64,000 nucleotides of DNA from Lepidodermella squamata (Eukaryota > Animalia > Gastrotricha), in NCBI GenBank assembly GCA_047495785.1, contig JBLDXI010000054.1, positions 1,240,001 to 1,304,000 of the forward strand, in the 5' to 3' direction. Position 1 is the first letter of the stretch. Every line of letters begins with the position of its first letter. Below the pieces are notes generated by a model. That model was not told the origin of the DNA and searched no databases. It saw only the letters and a program-made list of their open reading frames with translations. Positions 1 through 11,522 of this stretch are shown piece by piece. Position numbers and translations under genes: made by a program.

Positions 1-1
1 T

Positions 2-2150
2 GTGCTTGAAACTGATTTATATCGCGATCGTTACAAAAATTTATTCGTCATCTCGCCGCCGATTTCTGAATCATACAAAGCCGCAGGCCGCCTCATGTCA
101 ACGATGGGATGGCGAAAATATGCTCAGATAACTGATATGATGGATCTATCCAACAAACAAGACGACAACGCGGCTATTACGCTCGAATCGAACTTTGGCA
201 TCCGCACGATGGGCATGTTCAAGATCCCTTACATATCAGGCGTTCCGTCAGAATCTGAAGACGTTCGTGCTGCTGTTGAGGATATGAAGAAAGTCGATCC
301 ACGCATCATCATGATCGGATCCTATTTCCCGTCGCGTATTGCCTGTTGGCTGCACCGTTATAACATGTACGGACCTAATTATGTCATTATACTCGAAGTC
401 AGTAAAGCATTTCAACAAAACGACCAACTTCGAATCCAACCGTGGTGTACAACGGACATGTTAAGGGATGTCCTATTGAGTGTAATTACATACGGCTCGA
501 CTACTACAATGGGTCTCGGTAAAATGGCTGCCGTAGATTCGTTGGGTAATAACGGTTACGACTTGGACACTGCTATTTCTTCCAAAGTTGAAATTTCGCC
601 GTATTCCACGGTTTGGAGTTTACGCCACTATTTCTACGATATGACGCTACTGGTACTTCACGTTCTGAACAAAACTGAGTCATTACTAAACCAGCGGAAC
701 CAAACTTTATCAGATTGGGTAACCAGAAGCGAGAATTTCAAGAAAAACGGGGCGAAAATTGTTGAGGAAATGAAAACAGCTCTGTTTTCAACGAGAGTTG
801 TCGGAAAAATTGGGGAAATTGGATTCGAAAGAAACACAACGAAAAACACTGGTGGAAATGTAGCTTACTCTTATTACCAATACCAGCTGGTTTCTGGTGC
901 TGCGAGTTTGAGACCGGTTGGGTTTTACATGACTAGAACTGGCGTTATCAATCTTGGACCTGTGCCAATAATTTGGCGGACCAAAAATGGCCAGCCCCCA
1001 GTTGATTCGATTCAAACATTACAAATCGTCGCCCCGTTGATCGAACTCAGCGCATATATAGCGCTTCTGGCCATGGGAAGCTTCGAAATACTTGCCATCA
1101 TTGTAATTGCTGTATTCGTATGTGTCAAAAAGAAGGCTGAAATCATCGAAAATTCACTGCCGGTTTTCAACAATTACGTGTTGATAGGCGATTTCATGCT
1201 AGCTTCATCGATTATGGTTCAAAATCAGGAATTCAGTAATTCAATGCATATCTATTGTATGACTTCATTCGGCTTACTTTTCCTCGGAATTTCCTTGGTG
1301 CTGTACGGAATGGTCGCTAAGCTGCACATCTCATACCAAATTTCGCTATCTTTGAGTAGTAGAACTAAATCTGCTATTGATTTCAAGAGCGTATTTGACG
1401 CTGTGAGGCGAACGAAAAGCAACATATCTCGAACAATTTCGCGAACAGTCAGTCGAAAATTCGATTTTGATGCCACTCATAAGAAATTCCTCTATCTGGG
1501 CATCGTGTTAGCTTTTGCATCGCTTATTCTACTAATCGTTTGGTTTCTGTTGAGTCCGATGGTTATTGCTAGAAATGTAATGCCGCCAGTTATAATGGAA
1601 GGAGAAGGTGGATTAGCTATTCAAACAGTTGTTTTCACCTGTGATTTCGGTAGTTCAACGGTTGTTCAAGCTATAATTGGAGTGTTTTGCGCCTTTTACG
1701 GTCTAGCCATTATCAGAGGAGCTTTCCTAGCTTTCTCTCTACGATCCGTGAGTTTGGAGATTGGGATCAATTTCATAGATAATTTTAGTATTTTTAGAAA
1801 TTTCTGGTGAACGTCAATGATCTGAAGAACGTATGCATGTGCTTTTACGGTACTGTCATGCTACTGTTGTGCGGGGCTGTGACGTCAGCTTTCATCTTCA
1901 AGCAGCAATCCCTTCAGCAAATGGCGCTATCAGTTACCTGTTTAGGATGTGTGTTAATCAATATCAGTATGATATTTGCTGGAAAGGTTTCTTAACTGAT
2001 CTTTAAATCAAGATGAGACGTAACTTTAATATTTTTCAGCTTCGGCCCAATAAAGTTCATCCCCCGCTAAACAGCCGATTATCAATCATTTCGATGGGCG
2101 TTGGTGATGGCAACCGGAGTCGAAGACAATCAAGACAATACGAGCTGTGA
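2..2150 (+). CDS. Receptor G1: GABA-B-like class C GPCR (VFT+7TM), 5'-truncated by window edge
   Basis: ORF 2..1810 holds the VFT (PRIIMI..RIACWLHRYNMYGPNYV) and TM1-5. GT-AG introns 1748-1797 and 1987-2039 add TM6-7 (NDLK..CFYGTV..MIFAGK) and a short tail ending at TGA 2150. Motifs N..LIG, AKL, W..SP, GAFLA..LRS and ND.K match GABA-B 7TMs. Confidence 0.85.
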
Positions 2151-2318
2151 AAGGTTATTGAGAGCGAATTAATCAAACATTTGAATTCTTCATTTCTGTG
2201 TGACAATAAAAGACAGTATGATCGATTTTTTTTTAACCGGACCCTCGGAAACATGAGAAAGTTGTTTTCATATCAAATCTATCTGTTTCAGATAGTTCTC
2301 ACATTGTTCCTAATCCAC

Positions 2319-5068
2319 TTAGATGTCACGTCCATACATTCGCATTGATTCCCCTGTCTGAAAGGATTTCAAAGAAACAGCTACAACGTTGTGCGTATTC
2401 TCGTGATTTTCGCTTTGCTTTTCTCGCATCTGATAGAAACAAGAGAAACATATGAGAGCATTGTCCAAGCTGATAAGACATACCTTTCCGAGGAAGATAA
2501 GAGATAAATTCATTGCAACACATGCTAGGCTTGTAACATTCAACGCCAATCTTCCGTCGTTTTGTTCCTTGAGAATTGCAACTGCTATGAGTGTGCCACA
2601 TATCAGAAGGAGGAAAGTTCCATAAAAGCACCAGCACACTTGTTTCAAGTCATTGACGGCCGTTAATTGCTTCTGTGAATGAAAAAATTAATGTCCTATT
2701 TGAGGTCGCTTGGGGCAAAAACAAACCGATCTCATAATGTAAGCGAGAAAAGCTCCTCGAATGATAAGGATCCCATAAGCCCCACAGAATACTCCCAAAA
2801 CGCCCTTAGCCAGCGTTGAATCGCCGAAATCACACGAGTAAGTGACGTCTTGAAAAGCAACTGCATCGCTTGGATCCGAAGCTATCGCCGGGCCGATTTC
2901 GATCGCAACTATTGCTGGATTGACTAAGAACCATATCAGCAGTAAAGTTGCAAGGAAAACGATCGCCAATACTGCAACCGTTAGTAGAATTTGGAGAGCA
3001 CGGTAAGGATTGAATTCTTTGCGGCGATGCCTACTCGATCCTCGTTTTGATTGCGTCGTGCTTCTAACTCGCTGGGTACGGCTTTTACTTCGAAAATTGT
3101 CGATTATGCTGTTGAAAATCGACCGGCCTTCATGTCTCGATTTCTTTGCGGTTGAGACAAATATTTTGAAGCCGAAATGAAGCTTAGCAACCATTCCGTA
3201 CAGAATGAGAAATACGCCTGGAAGAAGAAAGCTGAGAGCTGACATGCATTGCGCATTCATCGATGCTTTATAATCGGGTAGTTGGACGGCTATTGACGCC
3301 AAAAGTAGTACGTTTCCACCGAGGATGAGGATATTGAGTACTGGTACGGAATTTCTTATGACCGGCGAGTTTCTTCGATGATATTGAAATATTACGGTCG
3401 CAATTACAGCAAGTAACTCTATGCTGCCTATAGTTATGATTGCGATGTAGACGCTCCTTTCAAAAATTGGCTGCTCAACCTGAACTATTCGTATGGAATC
3501 AGCTGGAGGTCTGCGACTGGGTGTTCTCCAGATAAGCGGCGTCGGCCCTAGACTTATCCGCCTGGTCACGCTTGAAAATGTCCCGATAAGTCGCATTTCC
3601 AGGTTATTTTGCACAGTTTGATACTGGAAAAAGCCGTACGTTGTTATACCTCCAGTATTTCGGGTAGTATTCTTCTCGAAACCTATCAAGCCATACTTTC
3701 CAACAGTTCGTGTTTCAAAAAGAGCGGTCTTGATTGTATCAGCTATTATTGAGCCATTGTTCTTGAAGTTCGGACTATCTGTTGTCCAGTCTACTAGAGA
3801 TTGATTTCGTTTCCTAAGCATTCCTTCAGTTGTGTTGAGAACGTGGATCGCGAGTAACGCAACGTCATAGTAGTAGTTTTTCATATTCCAAGCGGTGGAT
3901 CTCGGGGAAACATCGACCCGTGAGCTCATTGCAAGGTCGAAATCAGTACCGCTATTCCCAAGTCCATCAATAACCTCCATCTGCCCCAATCCCATCGTGG
4001 TCGAACTTCCATAAACAAAAACGCTTAATAGCACCTCACGTAACATGTCAGGCGTACACCATGGCTGTATTCGCATCTGATCCGTAGGCTGGAATGCGCT
4101 GCCTGTTGAAATGAAAAAGGCATAGTTTGGACCAAACATGCCGTACCGGTATAGCCAACACGCAACCCGAGATGGATACAGGGAAGTTATGATAATGATG
4201 CGAGGATCAACCCTTTTCATTTCTTCGACAGCCACTCGCACATCATCGGACTCGGTAAGCTGGCCATAGATCCATTGAATTTTGAAAATTCCGAGGGTTT
4301 TTATGCCGTATCGAGCATCGAGCATAACGGAAGCATCGCTTTCTAGCGTGTTGAGAAGACCGTAATTTTCCGAGATCTGGGCAATGTTACGCCATTTCAT
4401 CATTGTCATGAAAAGGCCAACGGCTTCGTAAACATCGCTGAAAGACGGCGCGAGCACAAATAGATTGCGAAAGCGTTGTCGTTCGAAATCGACTTCATAC
4501 ATTCCAGTTGAGGGAGTGAGCTGAATATTAGATATATTATAGCAAGCTCAATCGGAAAAGGTTCTAAACTAACCCCGATGAAATTCAAGATAGGCATCGT
4601 TTGACCGGTGAAGTAATGAACTGGGCACATTGAGTTGATAATTAGAGGAAGCCGACCTTTAACCCGATCATTCTTATCCATCTCAGAAAAGAAAGCGCGA
4701 ATTCCCGGGGGTCGGCTACACTGTGAGTTTGAAAACAAAAATAGAAACATGACCGACTAAAATTCATTCCTCACCTGATCATCGATTATATCAACCGCCA
4801 AATCGTAGCCAGATAACAGGCTAGGCACGTTTCGAATGCTCTCCAAAGCATAGCGAATTGCCTCAGTGCAAACTGGTCCGACAGGCATGGCGAAACCTCC
4901 ATAGTTGCAAGAAGCAATAATGCTTATCACTTTGTTGCTTGTGGCATTAGTCTCGTTAATAGTTGACGAGATCACTCTAGCTGGCATTGAGCTGTTTATG
5001 CTCAACTTGATGGCCGCGGCGCCGTTGAAAGTTTGAAGTAATGAAATAAACAATAAGATGATCATCAT
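2319..5068 (-). CDS. Receptor G2: GABA-B-like class C GPCR, multi-exon, apparently intact
   Basis: Signal-peptide exon (MMIILLFISLL..GPVCTEAIRYALESI..DIIDDQ), exon CSRPPG..GQTMPILNFIG, long exon (ORF 2688..4502) and TM6-7 exon (ORF 2319..2648), separated by short GT-AG introns. Confidence 0.85.
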
Positions 5069-6729
5069 TTTCCTGAAATGATACAATTCGCTGCTGGCGA
5101 GTTGTCGCGCTTCGCTACGCTTGCACCTTGTGATCGAAAGTAACGGATGTAGGCGCGAGACAGAAAACATTTCCCGACTATCGCATACGTTTCTCGCTGA
5201 GAATCGCTGACATCACTGAATATAGTTCGGTGGACACGGCTTTTTCGCTGAAGTTTGAGATGAATTTATTTCAAATCGGAAATTCGTTAACAGATTCAAA
5301 AATAGCATCTAGGTTTGTGACAACTTCCGTATTCACCGCAAAAATATATTTTCGATTTTTTTTAACTCTATGAAGCACTCTACTTTGTACTTCTGAAGAG
5401 TACTATTGTAGAATCTATGTAGAGTACTATGTAAAATCAAAAGTTACTAGCCAAAAATCAAATATGTTTATTGTTTGATAGAGGGCTCGATTGTGATGAA
5501 TGAAAATTGGCTGCGCTAAGCCATTTATTAATAATTTTTCTATCAATGACTTTGGCCATTGAAGGCTTAATTTAGGATACTATCCGGATAATATTTATTA
5601 TCCACCGACGTAACCCGGACATGGCTGATATTAAAAATCGTAAAATCCTTATCATACAAAATATCCTGAATAGCAGCAAATTAGGTTATCTTGACGGATA
5701 TCGGCCTCGACGGATTCAAATTTAATCATCTATGCTCGTGCGACTCCGCTATTCGAACTTCACCGATTTATTTGTACAAATTCACAGCTCCACAAAAGAT
5801 TCCATTTCAATAAGAAATTGTTTTCAAATTTAAGCGTTCAATTGATAAGTAGCCCAGCTTCCTTTTGTTCAGGTTTTTCAGGGTCAGACTCTTTCAAAGA
5901 CTTTGATTTGTTTACTGATTTCATTTTCCACAGCTTCCGCCATATAAAAAGTGAAGCGTAGTAATTGAGGAAGTTCATGAACTCCGTTGATCACGAGAGT
6001 TGCTTGTTAGTAACACTGGGAAGTGCGCCTTGAGCAGAAGCGGACACCCGAAATAATACAGGTTGGCCCATATAAACATAAAAATCTTTATTGTTGTCCT
6101 CTTTCCAAATAACAAAATACAATAAGGCCCAAAAAAGCGTATGTCTCTATTCAAGTAAGAATCCATAGACCCTTTGTCGGAACCGTTGTAAGGCTCACAA
6201 CAAGACTAAACTTGAGCAAATCGATCTTGTTTTTTTCCATGACAAAGTCACTTTATAGCATTTTATTTGACATATTATAGCAATTACATTCTTCACATCC
6301 TGAGGATATGTGGCGGATGTAGCCGCGAGACAGAACACATTCGTTGATCACCACCTGAAATCACGACAATAGCTTTAGGTGAATACAGTTCGTTGGACGC
6401 AATTGTTCGGTAAGCATTGCTCGGGAAAGGTATCATATTAACGGAAGAACAAGAGGTATAAGTACAAAGATAGCATCCAATCAACCGTCAACGGAAAAAA
6501 TCCACTTCTTCCTATCAGTTTATTTTCCGTTATAAAAGAGATAGAGGTCCAAGGGCTAGAAGTTCTTTTTAATCAACAACACGAGGGTTTATCAACTGAC
6601 TATTCGATATTTGGCGAAAAGTCGGTTTGAAAAATAAGAAACAGAAGTGAAGGATCGGTGAAAAATGAAAGCAGTGAGGTTTAATCAGGAAAATCAAGCT
6701 CGTCCTTCATGTCTGCTTGTGATCGAAAA

Positions 6730-9210
6730 ATGTTTTACAAATTTGTTGTGTATTCATTGCTGCTGACAAAATGTCACTGAAAACCCCGATTCCAGATATT
6801 GTTACATACTGCGACAACGCTCAGGAATAACACACAAAAGACAGTGATAACTTTGCTATCAATGTGCCAGTACGCTAGCCCTATTCTCGCTTTGGGGCCC
6901 CTTTGTACAGAAGCTATGAGTTATGCACTGGACAGCATCAAGAAGATGCCGAATCTCCTCGCAAATTACGAGCTTGTATTTGAACCTATCGACGACATGG
7001 TGAGTCTCCAATCCACCCAAAAGATCGCCAATTCTCACTGTATCATTCTAGTGTATAAGGCAGGTTGCAGTTTCGAAATTCCTATCTGAAATGCAAAGAG
7101 GAGAAACCAAACAGATTTCCTCTTATTCTTGGAAACATGTGCGCCGGTAATTTCTACACTGGTCAAATGATGCATCACTTCGATGTAGTATCAGTAGGTT
7201 TCTATTATTTAGATGATGGGAATTCCACTTATTCTTTTGATTTCCAGATTGTACCAGGGGTATTAATGCAGGAGGGCCACATGCATAGAATACGTTTTCA
7301 GTCTATTTTTCCTATTTTTCCGAAGCTTGGGACGGAACTTGATGCTCTGGGTAGCTTCTTCGGTGTCATAGGATGGCGGAAAATTGCAATTTTCTCAGAG
7401 CACAGCGATTACATGAATCAGATAGAAACAAATCTTATGTTGAAGTTCGAGAAAACTGGACTCTTAACTGGAATTTTCAAAACCCCCTACAACAACGGAG
7501 CTCCGGCAGAATCGAGCCACATTGAGATCACTCTGATGGAGATGGTGAAAGTTAGGCCTAGGATAATCATCATCAATTCTGTTATATCTGTCAGAATAGC
7601 TTGCTGGTTACATCGATTCAAGTTATTCGGGCCTAATTACGTGATTTTTATACCCGCTATTCCAGCATTCAACCCCGAAGACCCGCAACGATACGAATGG
7701 TGTACCCCTGATATGCTGCGAGAGCTTTTACCAAGCGTATTCTCCTTCGGGCTAACGAACAGAATGAATCTGAATCAAAACGAAATGGTTGATTCTCTGG
7801 GTAATACTGGGTATGATTTCGACAAGGCGATGATGGAACGCATCGACAACCCAATGAACAACCCTAACTGGTTATCCCTTCGTCATCACTTCTATGACCT
7901 TGCGTTGCTTTCTGCCTATGTATTAAATGGAACTGAAACGATTCTTCAGAAAAGTTGGTTTCATTAATCATCCTTCGCATTTTATTTATTTTTATTCAGG
8001 GAATGAAACACTCTCCAACTGGTTCACTCAAGCCTTCACACAAGCTCCTGTGGCGCTTTACGACATGCAAAAGAAGAAGGTCACTCTGATCGGCTCAAAG
8101 ATAGTTTGGCCCACCCTTAGCGGGAATCAGTGCGAACCATCGTAATAGAACAATCCTTAGTCCCTATTCTCCCGTACTCAATCTTCACAGCTTTGGGCTG
8201 TTTTGGATTGATCGCTTTGATATTAATTGCCAGCTTCACATTGTTAAAGCGCAGGAGCTCTATTATCGCTAATTCGACTCCTAAACTGAATGCATTTGTG
8301 CTAATCGGAGACTGCATTTTACTATTAACAGAGATAGTTCAAGGGCTGAATCTGTACGGTTCCCACTGCTCTATTTTTCTGTTCGCAACAATGCTACTGT
8401 CAATTGGAATAGCCTGTGTCCTATTTGGCTTGATCTCGAAGCTTGAGTTGGGACAAATGATCGCCGCAATCTCATACTATAAGCTTAGACGGAATATCAG
8501 AAACAAAAGAGCCCTTTCAAATTCGCTTCTAGCTAAACGCATCCAAATCTTCGTAATAATCGGTGTTTGTTTGGTTGTTATCTGCGTCATCCTCGGAGTA
8601 ATCTGGTTTACATTAGATCCCGTTGACGTCGCGATAAAGATTTGGCAAATGGAAGCAATTCAGATGGACGATTCCATCGAGTACCAGACTGTCACCCATT
8701 TTTGTGACCTTAATTCGTCTTATGCAACCAAGTTTGTAGCTCCGGTTTACTGTTTGATCTTCGCAATTGGCGCCTTACGTGGCAGTTATTTGGCGATAAC
8801 CCTAAAACCGGTAGGTTCGATACTTCGAATGGCTTCACAATTTCTTGCGATTTTAGGAAGAAACGCTGCATTTGAGCCATTTTTATGACAGTTTTATTCA
8901 TATCTATTCTGTTTTTGCAGTACACCTTCGAGAACATCACAGATTTCAGTCGAACCATACAAACGTTTAACGGAACAATCGTTTTACTGGTAGGCGGGTT
9001 CGTCGTTTCTTGGGCAATTTTCAAAGACCCGCTCTATCAACGACTAGCAATAACGACGATGAATTACCTTTGTGTAAGCCTCAACATCCTACTTCTCTTC
9101 ATTCATAAGGTAAGCAATGCGTTTGATCAGAATTGAACATCAAGCCAAATAGTTTGCCATTTCATTACAGATTCGGAGGAAGGGCGCATAGATGATTTTA
9201 TACAAAACTG
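6730..9210 (+). pseudogene. Receptor G3: pseudogenised GABA-B-like GPCR, close paralog of G5
   Basis: Compared with G5 (31746-34642): frameshift near 6798, frameshift near 7095, a deletion of about 180 bp near 8028 (NWFT joined directly to QAFTQAPVALY) and a frameshifting deletion near 8128. Confidence 0.8.
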
Positions 9211-9543
9211 ATAAGGTAACATTGTGATCTAACTTAGTGCCATGGTTCTCGAGTACACGTGATCTTTATCATTGCACTGAAAAATATTTTCCGCGGAAAC
9301 TAAGTGAATTTCTTGAACATGTTTATGAGGATGTTTATCAGAACATTTCCTACCCACGGCTTCCACTATGACGAAATCGGAAATTAAACATCGGAAAACC
9401 CTATAAGACATCTGAGGTTCACGGTCCACGGAAAAAAAATAAAAGAAAACCGATTTGAAAATGACGGATAAAAGACTGAACTGAGGAACGTCTCTTTTCA
9501 AATTTCTTCTCGATATTCCTGCAGTACGAATTACGAATCGAAT

Positions 9544-10247
9544 TTATGTGGTTGTGAACTGAACTGAAGATATCGTGTATATTTTTCGATGATGGCTTCG
9601 TAAACTTGATTCAGGGCGAGACTGTGGCGACTCCAGGGGCTCCAGTTTTCTCATTTTTGAGAAGAAAAGCATACCCAGATTCAATGTGATGCAGGCGAAT
9701 ATCATAACAGACAAAGCTATACGCTGATAGGAGTCTTCGTCGAAAATTGCACCGGCAATGATTCCCCCGCAAGCAAGAAGCATCACAGTTCCGTAGAAGC
9801 AAGCTGCGTTCGCTTTCAAATCCGTAATATGCGAGATTTTTTTCTGCAATCAAAATATGAATATCACAAACTACCTTAAAATTGCAAGAATAGCTTACCA
9901 ATCTTAGGGCATGCGCCAAGAAACTTCCTCTTAAAGTCATGGCGCCATTGATCAGGCAAGCTGCCGCGATGACAAATTGAGACATAATGGAAGACCCACT
10001 GGCTAGACTGTAGGTTATGACCACCCTTTCAAACGTATTATCCAGCTCACTTTCGCCTATTGTTTCTACTACCGAAGGTGGTGATACTACGAAACAAATC
10101 AGGAGCAGCAGTGTGAACAAAGTCAGTAAAGCCACTCCAATACCAATTACTGCAATTCTCAAGCTTCCAAAACCAGATATGCTCCCAGTTTTGCTGGACG
10201 AGAAGTTTGTCTGTCTCGAAAATCGACCTTCATTTGCTTTCATATGT
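9544..10247 (-). pseudogene. Receptor G4, 3' part (ICL2 to TM7), cut off by the transposon insertion
   Basis: HMKANEGRFSRQTNF..TM4-5 and KKISHITDLK..CFYGTVMLLACGG..LFFSK are collinear with paralog G6. Homology stops exactly at the left TIR. Confidence 0.9.
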
Positions 10248-10269
10248 CGACGGCACACCGGAGTAACGT
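10248..10269 (+). repeat. Left TIR of the Sola1-type element
   Basis: cgacggcacaccggagtaacgt, the exact inverse of 28144-28165. Confidence 0.95.
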
Positions 10270-11522
10270 AGCACGTGCCGAGCCGCACGTTTTTGTGAGC
10301 TCGCGATTAAAAATTAGCGGCAATTTTTGCTACATTTTAAAAATAAAGTTAATTTTGCTTGTTATAAGTGAAAAATAAATAAATTTTTGTCAACAAATTC
10401 AGCCTTGACGCGTCGAAGCCGTAGAAATAATTCTTGGCATCACGTGATTGGCTGCGAGATTTGATACTTTTGTTTCTTTGTTTGTTGCAGTCGGCTTCTG
10501 GCCCAAGTTTGCTGATTTGAGCTTCATTTCTGATTTTCAGATTTCCATATTTTCATCATTTTCTCGGTAAATAATAGCTGGTGGTTGTTGTGAATAGCCA
10601 CTAGATTGATCATCACTGCTCAACAGCCACCTTGATCACCAGACGAACAAGCATGCGCATGCAAGTATGAAGAGGAAGATGAGTTGCTGAAAAGACCAAC
10701 AGTTGTTGTAGACAACTCCAGACCAATAGCTTTGCATGATTAACAGTAGTACTTGATCAATTCAAATTACAGCCTGCATGAAGATTAGGCGACGCTGCAT
10801 TGAGACGATTAGTCTTTGATTCGTTCACCAAAGATCTTTGATTCGCAAGCTAATATTCTTGAATCAATAGCCAATTGCTGATTGCTGTGACCATAATAAT
10901 TAATCGTAGCTTTAATTCACCGAGCACAGTAAAACGGCGCATGCTTATTAAGTACTTGCACACGATGTTAAGTATGTGTTCCGTCAGCGAGGGTTGGTTT
11001 TAGTTGATTGTTTTGTAGCAGGCCGTTGCTTGTTGCTTGAGCTATACTTGGGCAAAGTTCTTAGCCAGCTGCTATGAATCAACTTGAAGTGATAACTAGC
11101 TCGCTCAGCCCGGTGCTCAGCTTATGGACAATCTGTGACGAGTGCGCTTAGAGAGTTCTATTAGCTCAATGCTCAATGCTCAAAGCATCACCAACTTCTT
11201 GTAGCTCGTTAAAAGTTTAAGGTAGCCGGAATTTTAATTTCTTATTGTTATTGAACCAGAGCAGTCGAGTAGGTTGCTTCCATAAGTGTGTGCGTATCAA
11301 TGTTAACAAATGCTTGCAAATGCTGTGATGGAGGTGATAGAGATCGGAGGATTCATTTTGCTTCCTTGCATTTGACTAGATTTTTTGCATTTTACTTTTT
11401 ACTTGGCAACAACAAAAAAGTCTTGCTGGCATTCATCGACTGCAATAATCAGTAAGTTGGTTTCTTTTCAAAAATTACAACATGATAAACAATGATGTGC
11501 TGCGTTGTAGCGCCAGATTATT

